Assembly (NCBI GenBank): GCA_965223265.1
Contig: OZ244999.1
Span: 2,944,001-3,008,000, forward strand
Length of the DNA stretch: 64,000 nucleotides
Source: Planctomycetota bacterium
GTDB taxonomy: Bacteria > Planctomycetota > UBA8108 > SXIK01
Direction: 5' to 3'
The translations under genes were made by a program, and so were the position numbers. Below, piece after piece: positions 1 through 7,935 of the stretch; the stretch's first letter is position 1, and the number at the start of each line of letters is the position of its first letter. Below the pieces are notes generated by a model. It made no database searches. It had not been told where the DNA came from and was given only the letters and a program-made list of their open reading frames with translations.

Positions 1-1028
1 AAATAGACCTGCTCAACGTATCCGGGAGTCGGCGGGTCGTACAGGTGCCAGCTTCTCATTCCACCCTCTGCCGCACGCGGATCGCGCGGTGTGACACGTA
101 CGGCGGGAGCGACGACTTCGGCACCGCCTTCGAGGATCGTTGGGCCATAGTTGGCGTGGTAGAGGAGTTCGAATTCTTGACGCGAAGCGCCCAGGTTCGT
201 GATGGTATCGCGGATCGTCAGACTCTTCGAGCCGATGGTTGTCGTGATCTCAGTGGTCATCCTGAGCTGCGTCCCGTACATCATCGTCTCGTCGACGACG
301 CCGGTCACTTTGATCTCAGGCTTCTCGCCGGGGCCGACCGCGACACTGACATGGCGTGCCGGAACGTAGCTGATTTTGCCGTGGAGGCCGAGCTGAACCG
401 GGGCGATCGAACCGGTGTTCGTGACGACGTTGTCCACACCAGGCGCGCCATTGGATGCAAGGCCGCAGCGGCACATCCAAGCGCCGAACCCTTCGAGCCA
501 TCCAAGCCCACCGCGGTCGCTCAGGTTGACGAACTGCGGGTGAACGACTTCCTTGACCGGTGAGTCCCAACCGAGTCTCACATCTCCGCAGCGCGCATCC
601 CAGATGTCCATGCCGCGCGTTGGAATGATCGTGAACGAGAGAACGCCGTTGTCGACGACGATGCGGTCGACGCCCTCCTGTCGGCCGCCGCGAAGGACGT
701 CTTTCGTTACGGTCCAGTCCTCGCTCCCGGTCTTCCAGTTGTCGATACGAATGTTTCGATCTACATCGATCAGGACCTGAGTGGAACTGGCCACTGATTT
801 CTCCTCTTCGGCGCTGAGAGTTGTCGCCATGACTGCAGCAAGGATCGTTGCGGGGACCCATCGAGCGAGGACCCGCGCGACTCGGGCGACGCAAGGTTTG
901 CCGACAGACGCGGCCGTAGAATCCGCGTACGCCACCGCGAGCGAGGAGGTCGGTTCGGCCGCAGTCGGTGGGCGCTTCATCGCCGTGAATCGAGTGGTGA
1001 CGTGCGGCTCACTGAAGGGCTGTGTCAC
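1..1028 (-). CDS. DUF4432 / aldose 1-epimerase-like family protein (3' end runs off the window)
   Basis: Manual translation, absent from ORF track because there is no stop in the window: GGRQEGVDRIVVDNG..IPTRGMDIW..LGWDSPV..GLGWLEGF..RCGL..LHGKIS..YHANYG..EQVY. GTG start at 1028 follows GAGGAG; alternative in-frame ATGs at 980 and 1100. Confidence 0.8.
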   Translation of the reverse strand, partial: MTQPFSEPHVTTRFTAMKRPPTAAEPTSSLAVAYADSTAASVGKPCVARVARVLARWVPATILAAVMATTLSAEEEKSVASSTQVLIDVDRNIRIDNWKTGSEDWTVTKDVLRGGRQEGVDRIVVDNGVLSFTIIPTRGMDIWDARCGDVRLGWDSPVKEVVHPQFVNLSDRGGLGWLEGFGAWMCRCGLASNGAPGVDNVVTNTGSIAPVQLGLHGKISYVPARHVSVAVGPGEKPEIKVTGVVDETMMYGTQLRMTTEITTTIGSKSLTIRDTITNLGASRQEFELLYHANYGPTILEGGAEVVAPAVRVTPRDPRAAEGGMRSWHLYDPPTPGYVEQVY

Positions 1029-1354
1029 GGTGGAGTTCTCCTCGGTGGTGGTGCCATTGTTGGCTGCAATTGGTGTGGATATCTCTGATGCGCTGGGCAT
1101 AATACGGAGGTGCAGCAGCTCTGAGCACAAAGAATACTGGATACCACGCGTCGAGGCGATGTTTCAAGCTTGGCTGCAGCTTCGGCTGTAACAGAGCAGA
1201 GCGCTGCCAGTGCTTCGCTGAACGGCGCTGCGTGTCGACCCGCAGCGCCGAGGCTCGGAGCTCCATCCGTGAGCGGGTTGACGAACTCGAGCGCGAATGA
1301 ATCTTGCCGAAGGCGAAACGACTCACAGGAAAGACGGTACACAAGGAGAACGTG

Positions 1355-2470
1355 ATGCCCAAGGGCGGCTCCAAGCCTGTCGATGCCGAAGCAGTCTTGA
1401 GTGTCTTGCGGACGGTGCAAGACCCAGACCTGCATCGCGACATTGTGTCGCTCGGTTTCATCAAGGACCTGACGATCGATGGCGGCGTGGTGGCGTTCAA
1501 GGTTGAGCTCACAACGCCGGCTTGTCCTGTCAAAGATCAGCTCAAGGCTGAGTGTGAGTCAAAGGTTGCTGGCCTCCCCGGCGTTGAACAAGTCGACATC
1601 GAGATGACCGCAAACGTTCGTCGCGGTCCACAGCGTGAACCGAGCGATGCGCTCGTCGGTGTGAAGAACGTGGTCGCGGTTGCCAGCGGCAAGGGAGGCG
1701 TGGGCAAGTCGACGACCTCCGTCAACCTCGCATTGTCGCTGCTTGCCTCGGGTGCCAAAGTTGGACTCCTGGACGCGGACGTCTACGGCCCTAGCCTGCA
1801 GATGATGCTTGGAGTCGACGAGCGGCCACTGCCGACTGCCGACAAGAAACTAGCCCCAGTCGAGTCGCACGGGCTGAAGGTCATGTCGATGGCGCTCCTT
1901 CAGGATCCGACGAAACCAGTCATTTGGCGCGGGCCGATGGTGCATGGCCTCTTGCAGCAGTTCCTACGTGACGTGGTTTGGGGAGAGCTCGACTATCTGG
2001 TCATCGATTTGCCGCCGGGTACTGGCGACGCCCAGCTTTCGATCTCGCAGGTGGCCTCAGTCACCGGCGCCGTGATCGTCACAACGCCACAGGACGTCAG
2101 TCTGCTCGATGCGCGCAAGGGTTTGGAGGTCTTCCGCCAACTCAAGATCCCCGTGCTCGGCGTCGTCGAGAACATGAGCTACTTTGTCTGTGGGCACTGC
2201 GGAGAGCGAACCGAGATCTTTCGCCATGGTGGCGGCGCGAAGATGAGCGAGGGTCTGGGAGTACCCTTTCTGGGTGAGATCCCGATCGATCCCGCGATCG
2301 TCGTCGGGGGCGATGCCGGCGAACCGATCGTTGTTCGGGAGCCGAACTCGCCGGCGGCGAAGGCGTATGTTGAGTTCGCCGGCAACGTGGCGGCTCAGCT
2401 CAGTATCGCCGCGGCGGAGAGTGCGCCGGCGCACCCGCCGATCATGCCGGGGCGGATTGAGTGGAAATGA
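1355..2470 (+). CDS. apbC: Mrp/NBP35 (ApbC) Fe-S cluster carrier ATPase with N-terminal DUF59 domain
   Basis: DPDLHRDIVSLG and LTTPACP (DUF59), ASGKGGVGKST deviant Walker A, DLPPGTGD, ENMS..CxxC; AAGGAG RBS before ATG 1355. Confidence 0.93.
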   Translation: MPKGGSKPVDAEAVLSVLRTVQDPDLHRDIVSLGFIKDLTIDGGVVAFKVELTTPACPVKDQLKAECESKVAGLPGVEQVDIEMTANVRRGPQREPSDALVGVKNVVAVASGKGGVGKSTTSVNLALSLLASGAKVGLLDADVYGPSLQMMLGVDERPLPTADKKLAPVESHGLKVMSMALLQDPTKPVIWRGPMVHGLLQQFLRDVVWGELDYLVIDLPPGTGDAQLSISQVASVTGAVIVTTPQDVSLLDARKGLEVFRQLKIPVLGVVENMSYFVCGHCGERTEIFRHGGGAKMSEGLGVPFLGEIPIDPAIVVGGDAGEPIVVREPNSPAAKAYVEFAGNVAAQLSIAAAESAPAHPPIMPGRIEWK

Positions 2471-2488
2471 TGGCGGACTCGTTCGAAT

Positions 2489-2806
2489 ATGAGTGCTGAT
2501 CCGACAACGCCGACGTCGATTCGACAGTCCGGGCCTCATGAGCTTGAAATCGCGTGGCAGGACGGACACGTCAGCCGCTACCCGGTGGCTTTTCTGCGCC
2601 GCGCGTGTCGCTGTGCTGCGTGCGTCGACGAATGGACCGGCGCTGCCTTACTCGATCCCAGTCAGGTTCCCGATGATGTGCGACCTGTGACCGTCAAACC
2701 GGTCGGAAACTATGCCATACACATCAGCTGGAGCGACGGACATGAGAGCGGCATCTATTCGTTTGAGCACTTGCGGCGGCTCGACACGTCAGCGAAAGAG
2801 GAGTGA
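2489..2806 (+). CDS. DUF971 / GBBH-like N-terminal domain protein
   Basis: WxDG, LRRACRCAAC, PVGNYAI.I.WSDGHESGIYSF motifs; directly after apbC. Confidence 0.9.
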   Translation: MSADPTTPTSIRQSGPHELEIAWQDGHVSRYPVAFLRRACRCAACVDEWTGAALLDPSQVPDDVRPVTVKPVGNYAIHISWSDGHESGIYSFEHLRRLDTSAKEE

Positions 2807-2868
2807 GCCCACCTCCTCAGCGAATCGAAGGTGAACGCGAAGGTGTCGGCTCGGCCGCGAGCACGAGC

Positions 2869-3291
2869 TCAGCGGACTCCTTCACGCAGAACCTGAACCT
2901 GCACAAAATGTGCCTTCGGCGACGACGAGACGACGCGAATGCTTTCAATGCTGCTGCCTCGAATTTGGGTGCGAGGCGCGGGAAGCTGGTCGTCCACGAC
3001 GTTTCGGGTCTGATCGAAGAAGACCGCTTTGACGCGAATCCAGATCGGATCTGGCGTGCTGTTCTGCAGCTGAAACGTGTACGTCAGGAGACCGTCATCC
3101 GTCGACCCGTACGCTTGCCTGTCGTTCGGGATAGCAAGAGATTCCGCCAGGTAGGGATCCATGACGACCGCAGTCCGCGGTGAATCAACGATGCGCGGCG
3201 ATACTGGAGCGGCGTGTGAGCATGCCGAGACGGCCGCCACCGTCGCGATCAGCAGCACGGATGTCGTGAAGGAATAAGCTCTGTGTGTCAT
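2869..3291 (-). CDS. YcfL-like (DUF1425) lipoprotein
   Basis: Lipobox VSA-C, small beta-sandwich pattern (LQN.T..P.....VFFD..R...S.SP.A); sits in an LpoB cluster; ATG 3291 after GAGGAG-like RBS. Confidence 0.7.
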   Translation of the reverse strand: MTHRAYSFTTSVLLIATVAAVSACSHAAPVSPRIVDSPRTAVVMDPYLAESLAIPNDRQAYGSTDDGLLTYTFQLQNSTPDPIWIRVKAVFFDQTRNVVDDQLPAPRTQIRGSSIESIRVVSSSPKAHFVQVQVLREGVR

Positions 3292-3435
3292 CTCAACTCC
3301 TCTTGCCGGGCGCGTTTGCGGGTCCGTTATGGGCGGCGCGTGTTCCCCTTCGGAGTTCCGAGAGTCGATTCTTCGCGAGGTTCGGCCGGTGGGCGGTGTG
3401 TTCGCAGCGGCCGACGCACTCACGGCGGTCGACGA

Positions 3436-4821
3436 TCAGGTCTCGGGGGGCACACGTCCGGGACCGGACGGCCGGGCTGGTTTGATTGGCGGCGCCCATA
3501 TGCCGCCGCTACGGTTAGGTAAGAGTCTGATCCAATACAAGTTGTTCTCCGGCTGCACCGTCACATTCGTCCACGATTGGGACTGCCCGCCAGCCTTGAC
3601 TGCAAGGGTTCCCGTAGTCGTCGGACCGACGCGTCCGACCCCTAAATAGATGTGGCGCGGTAGGAGACTCCAGGCGCGAGTGTCGGCGCTTGGGTCGACT
3701 GCCGCGGAAGCGAAGATCATCGCCAGGATCCCGGCGCCCATGGCCGCGTATCCGGCGGTGCGAACATTGCGATTGCGGCGACTCGAGCCGACCGAAGCGA
3801 GTACGTGGCCGGTTGCCGCCACGGCGAACCCGGCAGCTTGGATCGCGTCGCGCCGAGCCGCCTTTTCTCGATTCAAGTCGTCCACCTGACGACCGCCGAG
3901 AGTGGTCGCTTGGTCGTAGAGGTCGTCCATGAGAGAAAACGACAACCCCACACCATCGACTTCCAGACGCTGGATTTTTGGAGCGCTGGTTTGCACGTAG
4001 CTGAGGACGGCGCCTTGTGGGCCGCTCTTGCGTTTCTCGGGGGCGCGCCCACTCTCGATCACCATGAGCACGTTGTTACTTGGCTCCATGGCTTCGTCGA
4101 ACAGCTCGGCGATCTGCGGAGCGATTTCCTTGGCCAGTTCTAAATTGCGTCGTGCGTTCTCCGGCTCGCCGAGAAGGGAGTAGCATTTGGCGGCGAAGAA
4201 ACGAAGGATCGCGTAATCGTCGGCGTAAAGCCATCTGCGGGTATTGTCGCCTTCACTCCTGGCTTCTTCGCTATCCACCGGCAAAAAGTATGCGCCGCGA
4301 TCCTTGTTGATTGCGGAGCGAAAAGCCGCGAGCGCGCCTTCGAAGTCCCCGACGCGGTATCGCAGGAGGCCAAGATAGAAATCGGCCATCGCCTGCTCAT
4401 GCGGCTCGCCTTTGAAAGCTTTGTCCTTCTCCTGACCCAGGAGGCTGAGGGCGTCGCGTTCGGCAGAATCTTCTCCAAGGTAGACGTTGCACAGAATCGA
4501 GGCTCGCGTCGCCAACATCTCAGCGTCTTCCCAGCGGCGTTCAGCGATGCTCGCCGAAAGGAGTTTGAGGATGCCCACGAGGGCATTTGGGCCCGTATCC
4601 GTGAGTGACTCGCGATAGCTTTGCGTCACCAGTGCAGTCTGATTGCGGTAGTAGTAGCTGTCGGCCCGTTTGTACTCAGCATGACCGCATCCGGCGACGC
4701 CGAATAGGAGGTGACAGGTTGTGAACAGCCAAAGGGCGTAACGTTGAAACCGAAAGCCCGCAAAAAGCGACAAGTGCGAGCGGCTTCTGATCGCTATGCA
4801 GATTGGGCGCTTCGTCTTCAT
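3436..4821 (-). CDS. COG3014-like TPR lipoprotein
   Basis: FKGEPHEQAM, TPR helices, GRAPEK, ADTRAWSLLP motifs; lipobox VAG-C; start 4821 overlaps the upstream stop (ATGA). Confidence 0.75.
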   Translation of the reverse strand: MKTKRPICIAIRSRSHLSLFAGFRFQRYALWLFTTCHLLFGVAGCGHAEYKRADSYYYRNQTALVTQSYRESLTDTGPNALVGILKLLSASIAERRWEDAEMLATRASILCNVYLGEDSAERDALSLLGQEKDKAFKGEPHEQAMADFYLGLLRYRVGDFEGALAAFRSAINKDRGAYFLPVDSEEARSEGDNTRRWLYADDYAILRFFAAKCYSLLGEPENARRNLELAKEIAPQIAELFDEAMEPSNNVLMVIESGRAPEKRKSGPQGAVLSYVQTSAPKIQRLEVDGVGLSFSLMDDLYDQATTLGGRQVDDLNREKAARRDAIQAAGFAVAATGHVLASVGSSRRNRNVRTAGYAAMGAGILAMIFASAAVDPSADTRAWSLLPRHIYLGVGRVGPTTTGTLAVKAGGQSQSWTNVTVQPENNLYWIRLLPNRSGGIWAPPIKPARPSGPGRVPPET

Positions 4822-5450
4822 CGATACACCGCCCCGATCATTTGTTGTTTGACGATTTCGTGTGCGTTGGTCCAGATCAGCGTGCCGTCGGAAACCCTTG
4901 TGAGTCCCAAAGTGTATTGAACCGTTCGCCGTTCGAGCTCGCCGCCGCCCGAAGCTGCGTTGCGATAGAGTAGCTCGCGAACCTCCCCGCTCAGGACGTA
5001 TTCGGCGCCCCGCAGGCGCTCGATCGGTTCGCCGCTCACAGTGCGGCTCGCTCTGAGTTCGCGCTCGGCGAGCACGCTCTCGCGTTCGAGGAACGCGTAC
5101 GCTCCCGCTGTGTCGGCGCTCGCCAGTCCGGCGAGGACGCGATTGACAAACAACTCCTTGTCGAAAACCGCGATGCTCGTCCGATGCTTGAATTCGCCGA
5201 CGAGAATGTTCAGCGGTGTGGACTCGTTTCTCAACTCGGAAACTCGACGATTTCGACTCAAGGAATCGATCATGGCTTGCGAGATCGCGCGGATGTCGGC
5301 GACTGAAATCAGCGTGCCTTGATCCGTACCCATTCCGTCCGGGTCCAGCAGGATGGAGCTGGAGTTCTGCGTCCGACAGCCGAACCACGGACTGACGACG
5401 AGAAAAAGGAAGACGGCAAGACGAATGCGCCGGAAACGCTGCAGGCTCAC
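4818..5450 (-). CDS. LpoB/CsgG-like lipoprotein (putative PBP activator)
   Basis: Lipoprotein signal (FG-C), DIRAISQAMIDSL, GAEYVLSGEV, YTLGL..VSDGTLIWT. Confidence 0.75.
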   Translation of the reverse strand: MSLQRFRRIRLAVFLFLVVSPWFGCRTQNSSSILLDPDGMGTDQGTLISVADIRAISQAMIDSLSRNRRVSELRNESTPLNILVGEFKHRTSIAVFDKELFVNRVLAGLASADTAGAYAFLERESVLAERELRASRTVSGEPIERLRGAEYVLSGEVRELLYRNAASGGGELERRTVQYTLGLTRVSDGTLIWTNAHEIVKQQMIGAVYR

Positions 5451-5652
5451 GACCTCGTCCGCCCAAGGGAATGGTGGCTAGAGAATCGGGCGTACACTTG
5501 CGATGCTCTCAAAGGTTTTCTCACTGCCGGCTGGTTGAATTCGAATCGCAAAAACGCCTCGGCTGGGCGAGGAAGGCTTTCCGGTGGATTGGACGCGATC
5601 GCTCGCGCTGGTGCGCAGGCGGCGCGCTGTCGGCTCCTGGTACGCTTCGATC

Positions 5653-6198
5653 CTATAGTCGTTTCTTGATCTCAAAGGAATCCGTCCAGACGATGATCCC
5701 GTCGAGGTTCGTCAATCGAAACGTGTACTGAATCGTCTTGCTGGCGTATCCCTGCAGATTGCGCAGCTCGATCTTCAGCGCCATGGCGGCGCCAGCTAGA
5801 AGATCGACTCCTTCGGTTGTGACCTCGCCCGACTGCTGCAGAGCGCGCTCCTCGGCAACGGACGCGCGATCGAGGAAAATCAACTTCTCACTCGTGTTCG
5901 TCAGAGCGCTCAAGAATTTGTTGTAAATGATGTTCTCGTCGTAGTTGGGTTCGCCAGTACGGTTGACGATTTGACTGAGTACGACGCGGTTGTTCTTCTG
6001 CTGCGAGACCTTCGGCGAACGCGCGAGCGACGCCAAAGCTCTCTGCACGGACTCATAGATGTCGTCAGTGCCGCCAGACTCGGGCGACGTCTCGGATGGA
6101 TCAATGAGAATCGGATGTCCGGTCGTGCGCGGACTGGCGCAGCCGATAGCGAGGCAGGTGACTGCTAGACTGGCAGCGATCATGGACAGTCGGTTCAT
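5653..6198 (-). CDS. Second LpoB/CsgG-like lipoprotein
   Basis: Lipobox LAIG-C, IVNRTGE, ERALQQSG, YTFRLTNLDGIIVWTD. Confidence 0.7.
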   Translation of the reverse strand: MNRLSMIAASLAVTCLAIGCASPRTTGHPILIDPSETSPESGGTDDIYESVQRALASLARSPKVSQQKNNRVVLSQIVNRTGEPNYDENIIYNKFLSALTNTSEKLIFLDRASVAEERALQQSGEVTTEGVDLLAGAAMALKIELRNLQGYASKTIQYTFRLTNLDGIIVWTDSFEIKKRL

Positions 6199-6559
6199 AG
6201 CCGTTAACTCCTCGGGTTGTTTTCACCTTGATTTTTTGCGGACGTAAACAGTGGCCTCTTTACTCTTTCGGACGTGGCCACGCGTGCCTGAGCCTCAACG
6301 GCCGTTCTTCATCCACACCGTCGGCGACGATAACGAATTCCGAGCCATGGTGTGGCTTGGCCGGCGGCATCTTCTGGCGACGGTGACCAAATTTCAAGCT
6401 TCGCCGCTGACCTCCTGAGCCAGTTTCTGCCGCACGGAAATCGAAGCGTCGGGCTTTCTGCGGTCCACAAAAGAAGATACGATACCCGCTTGCGCAGTAT
6501 TCATGACTTTGCCCGTACTGTCCAAAACTGGTACCACTAACGAGGAGGACTTCGGAGCC

Positions 6560-7618
6560 ATGAGCACCGAGCCGCTGGGAATCGCCATCGTTGGCTGCGG
6601 CATGATCAGTCAGTTTCAGTCGCTGGCCATCAACGCCTTACCGGACGCTCGAGTCGTTGCATACTTTGACGAGGTTCCGGAACGGGCCGAGGCGCGAGCT
6701 TCCGAGCATGGCGCCACCGCGTTCGCCGGGCTTGACGAGCTGCTGCGCTCCGACGCGGTCGACGCAGTTTCGATTTGCACACCAAGCGGGGCGCATCTGG
6801 AGCCAGCACTAGCGTCGATCGCCGCGGGCAAGCATGTGATGGTTGAAAAACCTCTCGAAGTAACTACGGAACGGATTGACCGGATCCTCGACGCCAGCGA
6901 CAGCGCGGGGGTGCAGATCGGCGCGATTTTTCCTCGCCGATTTCAAGAATCCAGCCGCGTCGTGAAACAGGCGGTCGACGCCGGCCGCTTCGGCACCATC
7001 TCTCTCGCTGACGTGTACATCAAGTGGTACCGCACGCAGGAATACTACGACAGTGGCGGCTGGCGCGGCACCTGGAAGCTCGACGGCGGGGGGGCGCTCA
7101 TGAATCAAGGGATCCACGGCATTGATCTTCTGCAGTGGCTCATGGGCGGGGTGCGAGAGGTCTTGGCTTTCACCGATACGCTGTCCCACGAGCGCATCGA
7201 GGTGGAGGACACCGCCGCCGCGGCACTCCGATTCCATTGTGGTGCTCTGGGCGTCGTCGAGGGGTCTACTGGGTGCTGGCCGGGTACCAAGATTCGTGTA
7301 GAGATTGGCGGTTCGGCGGGCTCGGTGGTCATGGAAGACGAGACAATTCTCGATTGGTCGTTCGCGGACGAGCTCCCAGAGGATGCGGCGATTCGTGAAA
7401 AGTTCGGTCCTCGGGAAGGGCTTTCGGGTGGTGGGGCGAGCGACCCGAGTGCGATCGACTTCGAGGGCCACCGCCTCCAATTTGAAGACTTTGTCGCGGC
7501 CATCCGAGCGGGTAGGGCGCCGGCATGCAGTGGCGTTGAGGCGCGTGCTGCGGTCGACATCATCACAGGCATCTACCGCGCTGCGAAGGACCGGCGGGTG
7601 GTCACGCTTGGCGCGTAG
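6560..7618 (+). CDS. Gfo/Idh/MocA family oxidoreductase
   Basis: IVGCGMIS, ICTPSGAH, GKHVMVEKP, WRGTWKLDGGGALMNQGIH. Confidence 0.93.
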   Translation: MSTEPLGIAIVGCGMISQFQSLAINALPDARVVAYFDEVPERAEARASEHGATAFAGLDELLRSDAVDAVSICTPSGAHLEPALASIAAGKHVMVEKPLEVTTERIDRILDASDSAGVQIGAIFPRRFQESSRVVKQAVDAGRFGTISLADVYIKWYRTQEYYDSGGWRGTWKLDGGGALMNQGIHGIDLLQWLMGGVREVLAFTDTLSHERIEVEDTAAAALRFHCGALGVVEGSTGCWPGTKIRVEIGGSAGSVVMEDETILDWSFADELPEDAAIREKFGPREGLSGGGASDPSAIDFEGHRLQFEDFVAAIRAGRAPACSGVEARAAVDIITGIYRAAKDRRVVTLGA

Positions 7619-7653
7619 AAATCCTACTGGGCAGAGCTCAAAGTGCGGGCTCG

Positions 7654-7821
7654 AACCTGTGAGGATCAATTCGAACAGAACAGACGAACGCAACGAAGAG
7701 GGGCTTGTTGAGTCGCTGTGAGCTCGAGCGTGCCTGCTATTCTCCTCTGAGGCCAGCGCGAAAATGGCCAGCGCTCGAAAGCGCTCGATCTTTGCGGTCA
7801 AACCTGTGAGGATCAATCGAA
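7654..7821. repeat. Direct repeat pair AACCTGTGAGGATCAAT(T)CGAAC at 7654 and 7801
   Basis: 17-bp exact match extended by (t)cgaac, 147 bp apart, in a convergent intergenic region. Confidence 0.7.
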
Positions 7822-7842
7822 CGAGGGCAACCAAGGGGGCAC

Positions 7843-7883
7843 AAAAAAAGACTCGAACCCGAAGGGATCGGGCTCGAGTCTTT
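7843..7883 (-). terminator. Rho-independent terminator of the dockerin-domain gene
   Basis: Minus strand AAAGACTCGAGCCC..GGGTTCGAGTCTTTTTTT hairpin plus U-tract, about 50 nt after stop at 7936. Confidence 0.8.
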
Positions 7884-7935
7884 GCCTGAATCTCAGAGGG
7901 TGGGAAGCCGAGGCTTCACACCTTGAGGGCTTCGC

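Noticed and set aside
4822-5466. N-terminal 215 aa of the 676-aa ORF
   Set aside because: Overlaps the LpoB-like gene in another frame; the true start is most likely 4821 (ATGA coupling, lipobox follows)
7654-7821. Possible mini-CRISPR
   Set aside because: Only two repeats, ~125-130 bp spacer, no cas genes
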